From positions 1 to 64,000 of the forward strand of contig JAYZAY010000061.1 in NCBI GenBank assembly GCA_036339465.1: a DNA stretch of 64,000 bases. The letters are read 5' to 3'. This stretch comes from Myxococcota bacterium. GTDB lineage: Bacteria > Myxococcota > XYA12-FULL-58-9 > JABJBS01. The notes beneath the pieces were generated by a model. It had not been told where the DNA came from and did no database searches. It saw only the letters and a program-made list of their open reading frames with translations. The stretch's first letter is position 1. Each line of letters starts with the position of its first letter. Below, piece by piece: positions 1 to 10,494 of this stretch. A program made the translations under genes and the position numbers.

Positions 1-3000
1 TCCTTCCAATTGAACACTGCCAAAAAGGTAATTAGTCCCACCCCATCCAACTGAGTAATTGGATAAATCAACGGCGTTGGTCGTTCCATTGTAAAGCTTC
101 ACCCACTCCAAACCATCGTCACCGCCGGTGGCATCGTAGAAGATCTCCACCAAACTCACACCCAATCCCAAAGGTCCGTCTAGCACCTCAAATTCGAGAA
201 CTTCACTTGAGCCATTGAGAGTAGCGATAACCTTTCCATAACCACCAGCGTTCACCCCTGTCACTGTAAATGTCTTCTTCTCAGCCCCTGCAACAATCTC
301 GACTTGCGCCGGACCGCTTACAGAGCCCTCATAGGTTAAGGAAACCAACGTTCCCCCCGCAGAGGCCGGAACATTTAGCCCTACGGTCACATTTATGGAT
401 TGCCGGATGAGAAGAGTCCCCTCTTCTTCACGCACAAAGCTACGAATGGTGCGTGTGGTATCCCCGTTATACACAAAAGCATCGATGGAAAAACAACTTT
501 GTTCCAGACATATCAGAACCGCCCCATTGGCCTCACCAAGGTCTTCCCCCTTCATGGGAATTACCACGCTAGAAAAACCCTCTGACACATTCACGACGGA
601 AGCTGGGCAGCTCACCGAAGCCTCAAAACAAGTAACCGTCAACACCACATCCTCAGATGCCGCGCGACGCAACCTCGCCACCACTGAGCTATCATCCACC
701 GTGCCTTCTAAGAGAGGTACATAAGCCGGCCCAACCGAGATCAGCTCCGCTGAACCAAATAAGATATCAGCGATGGTCCTAGGGAGTAATTTGAGTTCAT
801 TGTCATATCGCCGCGCCACACCAACGACTTCCTCAAACACTTCATCCAATTGCGGCGCTGGATTTAAGTCCACAAGTCGGTGGTCCACAAACACACCACC
901 CTCCGACTCCCAAGTTTTAGATGTGGCATAATCACTCAAATCGGCGACCACTAAATCCGATACGGCGACAAGAACGCCGTCCCATTTTGCCGCCGCTTCA
1001 TCATCGTCTGTCAGTTCAGATTGCAGCAACACAAATGCCTCTGGCGCATCCACGGAACTCGCACCCTCCGTCAAAGTGACATCCGTCAATTGCCATTGGC
1101 TGTGGTAGCGTGAAACCCGCCCATCCGCAGCCACTTTCATACCCACTGTCGGCATCGGCTCAGTATTGCGCCCATAGACATACAAGCCGCTGTAGGCCAC
1201 GCCGTCATAACCCTCACTGGCTGGATCTAACTGTAAGAAATAACCTTGACCAGGAACGACAGTGGTCACCACCATGTCGCGAACCAACACTGACGCCCCT
1301 TCCTGAATCTCTCCTTTTTTAACCCGGTACACAGGCACAGGACAGGAGCCAGTTGGACTTGAATCATCCGGGCAGGCATCACAAACATCGCCAGTACCGT
1401 CGCCGTCACGATCCCGTTGGTCCGGATTCGCTAAATTCGCACAATTGTCTGAGAGATTGGCGATGCCATCCCCGTCGCGGTCGTTGGCATCGAATTCACG
1501 ACAATTCTCACCCACATCAAGGGGACAGGGGTCGCAGACATCGCCTAACCCATCACCATCAATATCCGCTTGCAACATACCGTCTAAGGGTCGCTCCGGG
1601 TTGAACATCTCCGGACAGTTGTCGGCTGATGCCAAAAGGCCATCGCCATCAGGATCCTCTTCCAACGTTTGTCCACTATACTCGGCAGGACGAAGGGGAG
1701 TGCACGACGGCTCATCTTGAGGCGTATCACAGAAAAAGAGTGGGTAAGCAGTTTGAGCCTTCGCCTTTAACTCACTCCAGACTAGTCCTGTATCCTCTAG
1801 CAAACAAAGAGTTCGAGTTCGCTGACATAGTGTTAAAGCTTCACATTGTTCTGGCACCGCACCCAAACTTGCCAAAGGAGCATCACCGTATAAAAACTTC
1901 CCACCCCGCCAAACCCCGGCCACATCATCCGTTTTCGACTCGATAATCGCCCGGTGATTTTTGTCCCAAGCCGTCCGCCGCATAACCACTAAATCAGCAA
2001 TATAGTCATTGGCAATATTACCAATAAGCTTTTCCGCACCCAGCGCAAGAGCCCCATTGCTCGTAGCCATCTCAAAAAGGTCCAAATCCGAAAAATAGCC
2101 ATTAAGATAGTGTGTATTATAAGAATCAGCACAAGCTAATTCTCGCTGGAGATTAATAGAACCAGTCCGAACCCAGTCAGAGCCCAAAGCAATACTCACA
2201 CCCGCCTTATCAAAAACACTTACCGCCGCGGTTTGCCCATAAAGCTGGATATTCGAGCGAGGAGACCATACCAATTTGGCACCACTGCTGCCCACTTCGA
2301 ATATGTCGGCCGCCGTTAGACCAATACCATGAACAATAGAGCTATTGTTTTGAATCATATCAACACCGATTTCATCGTCGGACAAACACACAAACTCATT
2401 TTGTGCTTCAGAATCGATTCCTTCTGAAATATGAGCAAGATAGATTCGTTCTTCTAAATAGGACTTGGAATCGATCTCTTCCTTGTTGCAAGTCATATAC
2501 TTGCCATCACGATCTCCCTTTCCCAAAGGAAACGTGCGGTAAGCCACCTGCCAATTACCCAGTCCGTCATTTTTTTCACGGTCATCCAAATTGCGAATCA
2601 ATCCCTGGCTGTTAATCCCCACTGTCGACCCAGCAACACTGGTGGTTCCCCCAAAAAGCATTCGTAACTCTCCATAGAGAATATCCCCTCGGCTTCTGGT
2701 TGAAGTTCCAGCGGAAAGTCTACTATGACTACGCTTTCCTTTTCGCCAATCGTGACGATGCTCCCAACGCTCCGCTTCAGAAATCACAATCGGAGGATTC
2801 ATCGTATAACGAAGATGATCATGCGGATTAATCATGCCGGGACTAACCAACATTCCCGAACAATCTAGCTCTGCGGTGGTTTCATCCACAAAATCGCTAC
2901 AATCGCATTGAGCGCACAAAATTCGGCCATTTGCATTGTCCGGGGACGACTCGAAGACAATTTGGCCGCCTTCAATCACCTCAGAACCGGCGAGGATCGT

Positions 3001-3318
3001 TCCCCAAATTTTCGTCCGTTTAGTCGCCGAAGGAACTGAAACCACCGAACACTCATCGCTCGGACTCGACTCTTTCACTGCCTCAAAACCGGGACATGTG
3101 GTTAACTCAACCCTATTGACAGTGGATCCATTTCCACCATTCGGCGACTCCGGTTCGGAGACCATTGGTTCTTCCATTTCGGGGGTGAGATTTTCGGATG
3201 AATCCTCAGTGCATGCAAAGGAAAGGCAAATAGAAAAAGCGATTAAAATCGCATCCCTATAGCTACGGCCTCTCCAAAAATGTACCAAAAACCGATTGGG
3301 GGGCTTGATTGTCGTCAT
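1..3318 (-). CDS. Large secreted lipoprotein: metal-dependent amidohydrolase domain + thrombospondin type-3 repeats + probable OB-fold region + lamin-tail domain; 3' end runs off the window
   Basis: Not in ORF track (no stop within the window). Hand translation from ATG 3318 (GGAGAAGG upstream): lipobox-like ILIAFSICLSFAC; amidohydrolase motifs PGMINPHDH, HISEG, VHGIG, LGSDW; DxDGDG..D.CD.CP repeats at ~1360-1660; LTD-like LVEIFYDATGGDDGLEWVKLYN near 90-160. The frame at position 1 is the same. Confidence 0.85.
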   Translation of the reverse strand, partial: MTTIKPPNRFLVHFWRGRSYRDAILIAFSICLSFACTEDSSENLTPEMEEPMVSEPESPNGGNGSTVNRVELTTCPGFEAVKESSPSDECSVVSVPSATKRTKIWGTILAGSEVIEGGQIVFESSPDNANGRILCAQCDCSDFVDETTAELDCSGMLVSPGMINPHDHLRYTMNPPIVISEAERWEHRHDWRKGKRSHSRLSAGTSTRSRGDILYGELRMLFGGTTSVAGSTVGINSQGLIRNLDDREKNDGLGNWQVAYRTFPLGKGDRDGKYMTCNKEEIDSKSYLEERIYLAHISEGIDSEAQNEFVCLSDDEIGVDMIQNNSSIVHGIGLTAADIFEVGSSGAKLVWSPRSNIQLYGQTAAVSVFDKAGVSIALGSDWVRTGSINLQRELACADSYNTHYLNGYFSDLDLFEMATSNGALALGAEKLIGNIANDYIADLVVMRRTAWDKNHRAIIESKTDDVAGVWRGGKFLYGDAPLASLGAVPEQCEALTLCQRTRTLCLLEDTGLVWSELKAKAQTAYPLFFCDTPQDEPSCTPLRPAEYSGQTLEEDPDGDGLLASADNCPEMFNPERPLDGMLQADIDGDGLGDVCDPCPLDVGENCREFDANDRDGDGIANLSDNCANLANPDQRDRDGDGTGDVCDACPDDSSPTGSCPVPVYRVKKGEIQEGASVLVRDMVVTTVVPGQGYFLQLDPASEGYDGVAYSGLYVYGRNTEPMPTVGMKVAADGRVSRYHSQWQLTDVTLTEGASSVDAPEAFVLLQSELTDDDEAAAKWDGVLVAVSDLVVADLSDYATSKTWESEGGVFVDHRLVDLNPAPQLDEVFEEVVGVARRYDNELKLLPRTIADILFGSAELISVGPAYVPLLEGTVDDSSVVARLRRAASEDVVLTVTCFEASVSCPASVVNVSEGFSSVVIPMKGEDLGEANGAVLICLEQSCFSIDAFVYNGDTTRTIRSFVREEEGTLLIRQSINVTVGLNVPASAGGTLVSLTYEGSVSGPAQVEIVAGAEKKTFTVTGVNAGGYGKVIATLNGSSEVLEFEVLDGPLGLGVSLVEIFYDATGGDDGLEWVKLYNGTTNAVDLSNYSVGWGGTNYLFGSVQLEG
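1360..1660 (-). repeat. Thrombospondin type-3 (Ca-binding) peptide repeats within the amidohydrolase gene
   Basis: DPDGDGLLASADNCP, DIDGDGLGDVCDPCP, DRDGDGIANLSDNC, DRDGDGTGDVCDACP. Confidence 0.8.
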
Positions 3319-3440
3319 ATGTCGCACCTTCTCCGACAGCAGTTTACGTTAGCTTACTTTCACAGATTGGGTCCCGAAAAAACTTCGGTCCGTAAAGATG
3401 CTAAATCCGAAATCTGCGTCACAACGGCCTTAAACGATCA

Positions 3441-5351
3441 TTAACCGCGAAAAGTTAAGCAACGATGGAGTAAATTCGCACTTTTTCCGAGCATTTCAGT
3501 AACCTGATTAAAACCTTCCTCCGACCAACCACAGGCTAAAACATCCACTTGGAAAAACTTGGGATACACACAACCTGAAACGGAAAATCCAGGCAGTTCA
3601 CCGGGCGGCGGAAACTCAATGGCCGCAATGGCTCGACTGGGATGGGATGCAAAAATATTCACTTCGGGAGAAACCAGCCAACGTAACTCGGCTTCATTTT
3701 TCAGGACGGTTTGAGCTTCCTGATAAGCTGTGGCTCTGTCTCCCAAATTCCCATCATTCAGATGTGCCAAAAGCAACTGCCACGCAGTCCAAGTTTCCGC
3801 CGATTCATCAAAAAGACTAAATTGAGACTCAAGAATTTCATTCAAAGACGTGAGTGCCAACACCTTTTCCTGAAGCTCTTTGGAAAAAATAAGAGCATCA
3901 AAAATCTTCTGAAAATTCGGTCCATTCAAATTCGAACAATGCCAACGCGTCCCCTCATCCCCCACCAAGGCCAACCAATAACAGAAGCCCCAAGGATAAC
4001 GTCCCATCACCACTCGAAAGGCAATTCCAATAAGAATCGACAAACAAACTTCGTCGGCGATATTACGATGAATTAATGTTTCCTGACCCAGGTTCTCAAA
4101 TCGGAGACACTGGCTCCTAAAAGGCATCTGTTGGTGTAAATTCCTACCCGACCATTCACTCAACCACGCTTCAACCTTCACACTCCCCTCTCTGAGAATC
4201 AAGGGGTGGGCACGTACTCTAGATTCTCGGTCATTATCACACACCTTCACCAATCCATGACTCTTGCCAACCAATTCCCCTGAGCGATGGACCAATGCTT
4301 CAGCCAACGCTACCCCTAAAGCAGGACTAACAAGGAAACTATCGAGTACCAGTGCCGCGGAACCTCCCTTAAAAACCTCCACTTGAAGTGCCTTGTCTTG
4401 CCACAAATTCATTAAATGTAACGAATCCATCGGACGCCCCAACAAAGTATCAAGCTCTTGTCCGGACTCTTCGCAGAGTGAAATTAGAAAAATAGCACTA
4501 TCGAGCCAATGCAGGATTTCACGTCCGTCAGCCATGGCCATCAACTCAATACGCTGACGACCCCATGCATCGCGTTCTCCACCACTAAGGATACCCAATG
4601 ACACAATTTTTGTGGACTCTGAGTGCTCAACCACACGAAGATGAACTTCCCGAAAAATATCTTGTAGCTCAGCGACTAAGGGTAGTTGCTCCCCGTCCCA
4701 CTGCACCACAAAAAAGTGTCCTCCGGTGACCACAATAAAATGTCGCGATGGTGCAGATAACTCAATCCCGTCATACCAATCACACAAGGGAATTCGGTTA
4801 GTTCCAAAAACATACTCCAGTTCATCCCGCCCAAAATCTTTTCCTTGTTCCGACTTCACGGATTTTAGTCGAGCATCTCTGAGCTCAAGCAACGACAAGC
4901 TAAGTTGAGCCGCTCTCGCACTTTGAGATTGCACTCGATAATCATCTTTCAGATGAACATGATACTTTTGATTTCTTAGCAGGGGTGACCGAGAACATAA
5001 AGAGTTGAAAAGTCCGGCATCGGAACAAAGCTTCATTAGGCTCCCGTGAACTGAAAAATTTCCTTGGTAAATATTAAGTTGAACTCTTTCCATTAGCATT
5101 TTGGGGTCCGTCTCTGGGTCCTGGATCAACCCATCCACAAGACCAATAAGCTCGTTTTTCTTACCAATATGCTTTTGTAAAGAGCGAAAACCACCCTCAA
5201 ATACTCTCTTGAGTCGTCGACAATTCCGATAGTGCTTCCACCTTGAAACGCGACAACCATCATAGGAATTTCGAATAAAATCTGAAAATGATTTTACGAG
5301 AAACAAACGACTGCATTCCTCAGATAGCTCATCTGGATTACCTGCCACCAC
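3441..5351 (-). CDS. Choline/carnitine O-acyltransferase-fold protein, catalytic His apparently absent
   Basis: Family blocks in order: QSARAAQL, FGTNRIP, SRHFIVVTGGHFF, LGILSGGERDAW, SAIFLISL, NLWQDKALQV. The expected EHS..DG reads LDSFLVSP. Confidence 0.7.
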   Translation of the reverse strand: MVAGNPDELSEECSRLFLVKSFSDFIRNSYDGCRVSRWKHYRNCRRLKRVFEGGFRSLQKHIGKKNELIGLVDGLIQDPETDPKMLMERVQLNIYQGNFSVHGSLMKLCSDAGLFNSLCSRSPLLRNQKYHVHLKDDYRVQSQSARAAQLSLSLLELRDARLKSVKSEQGKDFGRDELEYVFGTNRIPLCDWYDGIELSAPSRHFIVVTGGHFFVVQWDGEQLPLVAELQDIFREVHLRVVEHSESTKIVSLGILSGGERDAWGRQRIELMAMADGREILHWLDSAIFLISLCEESGQELDTLLGRPMDSLHLMNLWQDKALQVEVFKGGSAALVLDSFLVSPALGVALAEALVHRSGELVGKSHGLVKVCDNDRESRVRAHPLILREGSVKVEAWLSEWSGRNLHQQMPFRSQCLRFENLGQETLIHRNIADEVCLSILIGIAFRVVMGRYPWGFCYWLALVGDEGTRWHCSNLNGPNFQKIFDALIFSKELQEKVLALTSLNEILESQFSLFDESAETWTAWQLLLAHLNDGNLGDRATAYQEAQTVLKNEAELRWLVSPEVNIFASHPSRAIAAIEFPPPGELPGFSVSGCVYPKFFQVDVLACGWSEEGFNQVTEMLGKSANLLHRCLTFRG

Positions 5352-5358
5352 AAAACCC

Positions 5359-6747
5359 TCATATCATCATTTCGGACTCTAAACCTAACTCTTGTCGGCG
5401 AAGCTTTTCCCACGACACTACAGCAGACGCTTGAATTTTGTCGTAATTGTCTAGCGCCCACAAAACCACGCGTTCAATATCCTCTCCTGACTCGGTTCCC
5501 ACCCCCATACGCACAAGGCGATCGATGCCCTGGCGCTTCAACACGGCATCTGGGGAATAATACTCAGACACTGTTTTGTGGTGATTTACTTTCGTAACCA
5601 GACCATCAAAACTCAATGCGTAACGCACGAGTTTTGGCATCGCCAAGACATCGCAAAAATGAGCCACTCTTTCTTCATCCTCAACGTCGGTTAAACGAAA
5701 AGAAACAATCGAGCCTGGCAAAGCATAGTGTTCACGAATCGTTGCTCTATCACAATGACTCTCCAATGAGGGATGAAAAACCCGCTCGACTCTTGGATGA
5801 GCCTCCAAAGCTTTAGCCAAACGGATTGCATTATCACACCGCTTCCTAAACCGTCGTTCTGCCAATGGAAAAGCTTCCAAAATAGACTCGGCAACTTGCC
5901 AACTCATTCCCCCTCCTCGCATCCCCTGAAAATCCATAACACCATTCATCGTTTCAATATCATTGGAAGCAATATAGCCCCATAAGTCCCGATCCTCACC
6001 TCCCATCGCCTTTGTCCCCGCAGCCACGAGAAAATCAATACCCGGATAATTCAAAAGACGTTGTTTTGTTCCCCAAGTCGTGGCGATGGTGTGATCCACC
6101 ACCAGTTTCAAACGAGGGCAGCCGCCAGCTCTCAGCGCCTCTACCGAGGCACCTACCTCTAGAGGATTCAGTGCCCGCATCAACGGATTCGAATAGGTCT
6201 CTACAAAAACCATCGTGGTCTTTGGATTAATTTTCTCCTTTAAAACCCCTGGATTGATCTCTTCAAGAATCTCTAAGTCAAAATCAAAGCGTCCCCTGAG
6301 CCATTCAGCATAACCTTTCGTTTTGTTGTAGATTTGTCGAGAAAGTAAAATATGACTTCCCGGAAGGATTAAGCTATCGAATAAAAGTGCGGTCGCCTGC
6401 ATGCCACAATCAGCCAATACGACTGCCTTCGCATCTTCTCGTAATTTGAGACGCGCCAGTAACTTCCGACCGCTTTCGGTACCGTATCGGGCATAGACCT
6501 GCGGCAACTCCGACCAACTCTCTTCGTGAAGCATGGAACGGGTGCCCTTCGCTAACTGCCAAGTTTCCATGCCTTTAGAGTTAAAGAGATCCACCTGTAC
6601 CGAAGGCCCCTTCGGGTTTAAATATGGGACTCCATATTCAGTGATGCGTTTATCCACATTTTCGTGCAAATCTTGGGTTTCAGCGCTAAAGCTTACCATC
6701 AGAGGAACTGGCTCCGCCTTGCTTTGTCCAACGAGGTCCCCATTCAT
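5359..6747 (-). CDS. PLP-dependent Cys/Met-metabolism (cystathionine gamma-synthase/lyase-like) enzyme, divergent
   Basis: YARYGT, DCGMQA, ETYSNP, VDHTIAT, GTK (PLP lysine), LVRMGVG. ATG 6747 follows GGAG; the ORF track starts at 6768. Confidence 0.8.
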   Translation of the reverse strand: MNGDLVGQSKAEPVPLMVSFSAETQDLHENVDKRITEYGVPYLNPKGPSVQVDLFNSKGMETWQLAKGTRSMLHEESWSELPQVYARYGTESGRKLLARLKLREDAKAVVLADCGMQATALLFDSLILPGSHILLSRQIYNKTKGYAEWLRGRFDFDLEILEEINPGVLKEKINPKTTMVFVETYSNPLMRALNPLEVGASVEALRAGGCPRLKLVVDHTIATTWGTKQRLLNYPGIDFLVAAGTKAMGGEDRDLWGYIASNDIETMNGVMDFQGMRGGGMSWQVAESILEAFPLAERRFRKRCDNAIRLAKALEAHPRVERVFHPSLESHCDRATIREHYALPGSIVSFRLTDVEDEERVAHFCDVLAMPKLVRYALSFDGLVTKVNHHKTVSEYYSPDAVLKRQGIDRLVRMGVGTESGEDIERVVLWALDNYDKIQASAVVSWEKLRRQELGLESEMMI

Positions 6748-6910
6748 ATTTACAACTCCTGTTGGCAATTGTTCGCTTGTATTTTCATCCCTCTATCCGG
6801 AAATATTGAATGAACAAAAAAGATTTGCAATCATATTCAAAGCAGGCGGCCGCAGGAAAAATATTCATCAGCAGGGTGCAAACCACGTGAGCATTTCTCG
6901 ACGCATTAAA

Positions 6911-7393
6911 ATGATAAAAACGTTAAAGCAACTTCGAGAAAAGGAATTCGCACACTTTAAAAAAGTAGAATCCGAACACGACCGAAAAGAAAGGATGAAA
7001 CTCACCAATTCCATCCTCATCACCGCCTTTGGTGATTTTCCCATGTCATCGGATACCCGTCGAAACCTAAGAATCCCATATTCGGTGCCCATTAAAGTCA
7101 GGCTCGAAAACCAAACCACCAAATTGGAAAGCTTTGACCTGGGATTGAAAGGCATTTGTGTTAGCCCACTCCCTCAACTTGTTCCCAACGTACCGGTGAC
7201 CCTGAAAATATCACTCAAACAGAAAACAGGACTGATAGGAAATTACAAAGATGTTCATCGAGATCTGACTGGTTTTGTCACTTGGCTTGACGAAAGCGAA
7301 AAGCGGTTAGGTATAGAATTTACCAATATTGCGAAGGAAAATCTTGCCCCCATCTGGGATACCATCGAATTCGTAGTCCGCTCCCGATGTTAA
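6911..7393 (+). CDS. PilZ domain protein (putative c-di-GMP receptor)
   Basis: RRNLR (RxxxR) and DLGLKG (variant of D/NxSxxG). The longer track ORF overlaps the opposite-strand gene, so ATG 6911 is preferred. Confidence 0.65.
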   Translation: MIKTLKQLREKEFAHFKKVESEHDRKERMKLTNSILITAFGDFPMSSDTRRNLRIPYSVPIKVRLENQTTKLESFDLGLKGICVSPLPQLVPNVPVTLKISLKQKTGLIGNYKDVHRDLTGFVTWLDESEKRLGIEFTNIAKENLAPIWDTIEFVVRSRC

Positions 7394-8169
7394 GCCTTGT
7401 TGCGAACAATACGAATTAATTCCCCACATATGGAGACCCCAATCTCCTCTGGCGTCTGGGCATCAATCGGCAGCCCAACAGGACAGCGAACCCGAGCAAT
7501 ATCCGACTCCGAAAATCCCTTCGCGCGAAGTCGCTTTACCTGCATTTTTGCCTTTCTATCACTGCCGATCACCCCTAAGAATCGAGTTTTTCGCTTCAAA
7601 GAATACTCAAGAAGCCTCTGATCAAGCCCATGCTCACGGGTTGCAATCAACACCATTGGAACAGTATCCCAAGGTAGAGTAGCTAGGCTGCTCTCGTCGT
7701 AACTCGTTATGAGCTCTTTAAGCCCCAGCGCAGACACCGATTCCAAGTTGCCCGGTAGGTCATCCACTCCCCAGAGCCGGAAATTGAGACCATGACTCAT
7801 TCTCGCGACCGCCCGTCCCACGTGCCCACACCCAAAAATAAGAAGGTTGGGTGTCGTCGCCACATTCTCAAGAAAAAACGTCATCTCGCCACCACAGCAC
7901 ATCCCCAAATCATTGGTCAAACTCATGGTGCTCAATTCAGTAGCCTTCCCGGATGCGATCATTTCACTCGCCAATTGCACCACTTGGTGCTCAACACTTC
8001 CCCCCCCAATCGAAAACTCGACCTCTCCAGAAGCCAAAACAAGCATCTTTGCTCCTGCTTTACGAGGTGTGGAGCCTTTGGTTTTTACGACTGTTACGAC
8101 AACAAAGTTCTTACCTGATGCCTTAAGCTCTATCATTGCACTCAATTCATGGTCCATGGCCAGATTCAT
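7390..8169 (-). CDS. xdhC: Xanthine dehydrogenase accessory protein XdhC
   Basis: GSTPRKAGAKM, LGMCCGG, FGCGHVG, IGSDRK, PVGLPI; directly downstream of xdhB. Confidence 0.92.
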   Translation of the reverse strand: MNLAMDHELSAMIELKASGKNFVVVTVVKTKGSTPRKAGAKMLVLASGEVEFSIGGGSVEHQVVQLASEMIASGKATELSTMSLTNDLGMCCGGEMTFFLENVATTPNLLIFGCGHVGRAVARMSHGLNFRLWGVDDLPGNLESVSALGLKELITSYDESSLATLPWDTVPMVLIATREHGLDQRLLEYSLKRKTRFLGVIGSDRKAKMQVKRLRAKGFSESDIARVRCPVGLPIDAQTPEEIGVSICGELIRIVRNKA

Positions 8170-8175
8170 CCTGTC

Positions 8176-10494
8176 TCAAAGTCTTCCCTGTTGTCGATAG
8201 ATCGCTTTCAAGACTTCCTCGGGAGTCGCTGGCAAATCCAAGTTCACCACCAAAGGCTCAGATGAGAATTGTCGGATGGCATGCCGCAAACTCGTCACCA
8301 CCCCCACCGCCAACATAAAGGGAGGTTCCCCCACCGCCTTGCTACGATGGATCACACCTTCCTGGCCTGCCCGCTCTAAGAGCGCTACCTTAAAATGCCG
8401 AGGTGTATCGCCAAATGCGGGAATTTTATAGGTCGAAGGAGCATGGGTTAATAGAAGTCCATTCTCGTCATAAATGAGTTTTTCCATGGTTAGCCAACCA
8501 AAGCCCTGCACAAAACCGCCTTCCACTTGCCCAATATCAATCGACGGCACAAGCGAGTTACCCACGTCATGCAATATATCAACTTTCTTAAGTCGATATT
8601 CGCCAGTTAAAGCCGATACTTCCACCTCAACAACAGCGCCTCCGTAGGCAAAATAATGAAAAGGCTTACCAACGCCCCGCACAGAATCGTAATGAATATT
8701 TGGAGTCCGATAAAATCCTGTCGATGATAATGAGATCTGTCGCATGTATGCCTGCTGCACAAGATCCGAAAATGGAATACGTTTTTTCTGGGATGGGTCA
8801 AAAACGTAGCCCCCCATAAAGGCAAGTTGATCTGCCTCTTCGACCATAACACCCAAGAGTTCGGCCGCAAGGGGGCGAAGCCTTTGCTTCAACTGTCGGC
8901 AGGCATGCTGAACCGCTTGCCCATTAAGATCCGAACCACTGGAAGCTGCCGTTGCCGAAGTATTGGGCACCTTATCTGTGGCGGTTTTCATTATTCGAAC
9001 CGCCCCAGGTAAAACCCCAAGTTCATGGGAACATACCGCAATCATTTTGGTATGGAGCCCCTGGCCCATCTCGGTTCCACCATGATTCAGCTGGACAGTT
9101 CCATCGGCGTAGATCAAAACCAGAGCACCGGCCTGATTCAGAAAACCCGCGGTAAAGGAAATACCAAACTTAACGGGCTGAAAAGCAATCCCTCTCTTAA
9201 CAAATGGATTTTTCTCGTTTTCCGATTCAATCACCATCCGACGCTCGAAATAATGAGTCGATTCCATCAATTCGTCATAAATTCGATGAACTCGATTGTC
9301 TTCCCAAACCACTTCTTGATCGTAGGGCGTCCGATTTTTGGGTGCGTCACCATAAAAGTTATTCTTGCGCACCTTCGCTGGGTCAAGCCCCAATGCTTCC
9401 GCGCCATGGTTCAAAATGGATTCTATAACAACAACACCCTGTGGGCCCCCAAAACCTCTAAAAGCTGTGTTCGATGGAACCGTCGTTTTGGTTATCTTGC
9501 CCACAAAATCGAGGTTCTCAATATAGTAGGCATTGTCCAAATGAAAAAGGTAACGTTGCATGATGGACTCGGATAAATCGAGAGACCACCCACCATTGGA
9601 AAAACCTTCTATTTGGACCCCCAGTAATTTCCCCTCTTTGGAAAAACCTGCTTTGTACCGAGAAAACCAAGGGTGACGCTTGCCGGTATGGAGCATATCC
9701 TGGTCTCGATTGTACCGGACCCGCACCGGTTTTCCACAGAGAAAAACCCCCAAAGCAGCCATCTGAGCAAGCGGACCTGCTTGGGTTTCTTTACCTCCGA
9801 AAGCCCCCCCCATTCGAGGACATTCGACCACCACTTGATGACGCCCAATCCCCAATACTTCCGCCACCTTCGCTTGAGCTTCAGATGGATGCTGTGTCGA
9901 GGCCTGGACCAAGATCCCATCATCATCGGTCGGCATTGCCTGGGCGCACTGTGTCTCGAGATAAAAATGGTCTTGGCCACCCGTAAAAACCTCTCCCTCC
10001 ACAACCAGGTCTGCATTGGAAAATGCCACATCGACATCTCCCCTCTTAATTTTATGTTCAGTGCCCTGAAAAGAACCTTTGGCAATGGCATCTTGAATTG
10101 TGGGAATGGCCTCTTCTTCCACGTAATCCACTTTGATTTTGGTGACCGCATCGCGGGCCAAACCAGGGTCCTTGGCAATCACCAAGGCGATGGTCTGCCC
10201 TAATCCCAAGATCTCGGAATCCGCCATCAACGGTTCATCCTGGGCAATGGGAGCCGCACAATTATCACCCGGTATATCCTTGGCAAGAGCCACTCGAACA
10301 ACCCCCGGAGCATTGACCGCCTCAGAGATGTCTATGGATTTAATTCTTCCCGCAGCCACCGTCGACACGCAGGGCACGCCGTGCAAAAGTCCGGGCATCC
10401 TATGGAAATCGTCGATATACAAGGCCTTACCAGAGACATGGCGACCCGCACTCTCATGCTTGGCCGACCTTTGCGATGGACTCATTTCACTCAT
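8176..10494 (-). CDS. xdhB: Xanthine dehydrogenase molybdopterin-binding subunit
   Basis: GGQDHFYLE, RMGGAFGGKE, AFRGFGGPQG, GTEMGQGL, TAASSGSD, SKAVGEPP; ATGA overlap with the xdhA stop. Confidence 0.95.
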   Translation of the reverse strand: MSEMSPSQRSAKHESAGRHVSGKALYIDDFHRMPGLLHGVPCVSTVAAGRIKSIDISEAVNAPGVVRVALAKDIPGDNCAAPIAQDEPLMADSEILGLGQTIALVIAKDPGLARDAVTKIKVDYVEEEAIPTIQDAIAKGSFQGTEHKIKRGDVDVAFSNADLVVEGEVFTGGQDHFYLETQCAQAMPTDDDGILVQASTQHPSEAQAKVAEVLGIGRHQVVVECPRMGGAFGGKETQAGPLAQMAALGVFLCGKPVRVRYNRDQDMLHTGKRHPWFSRYKAGFSKEGKLLGVQIEGFSNGGWSLDLSESIMQRYLFHLDNAYYIENLDFVGKITKTTVPSNTAFRGFGGPQGVVVIESILNHGAEALGLDPAKVRKNNFYGDAPKNRTPYDQEVVWEDNRVHRIYDELMESTHYFERRMVIESENEKNPFVKRGIAFQPVKFGISFTAGFLNQAGALVLIYADGTVQLNHGGTEMGQGLHTKMIAVCSHELGVLPGAVRIMKTATDKVPNTSATAASSGSDLNGQAVQHACRQLKQRLRPLAAELLGVMVEEADQLAFMGGYVFDPSQKKRIPFSDLVQQAYMRQISLSSTGFYRTPNIHYDSVRGVGKPFHYFAYGGAVVEVEVSALTGEYRLKKVDILHDVGNSLVPSIDIGQVEGGFVQGFGWLTMEKLIYDENGLLLTHAPSTYKIPAFGDTPRHFKVALLERAGQEGVIHRSKAVGEPPFMLAVGVVTSLRHAIRQFSSEPLVVNLDLPATPEEVLKAIYRQQGRL

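Noticed and set aside
395..3262. Several plus-strand ORFs of 60-109 aa
   Set aside because: Antisense shadows of the long minus-strand amidohydrolase gene.
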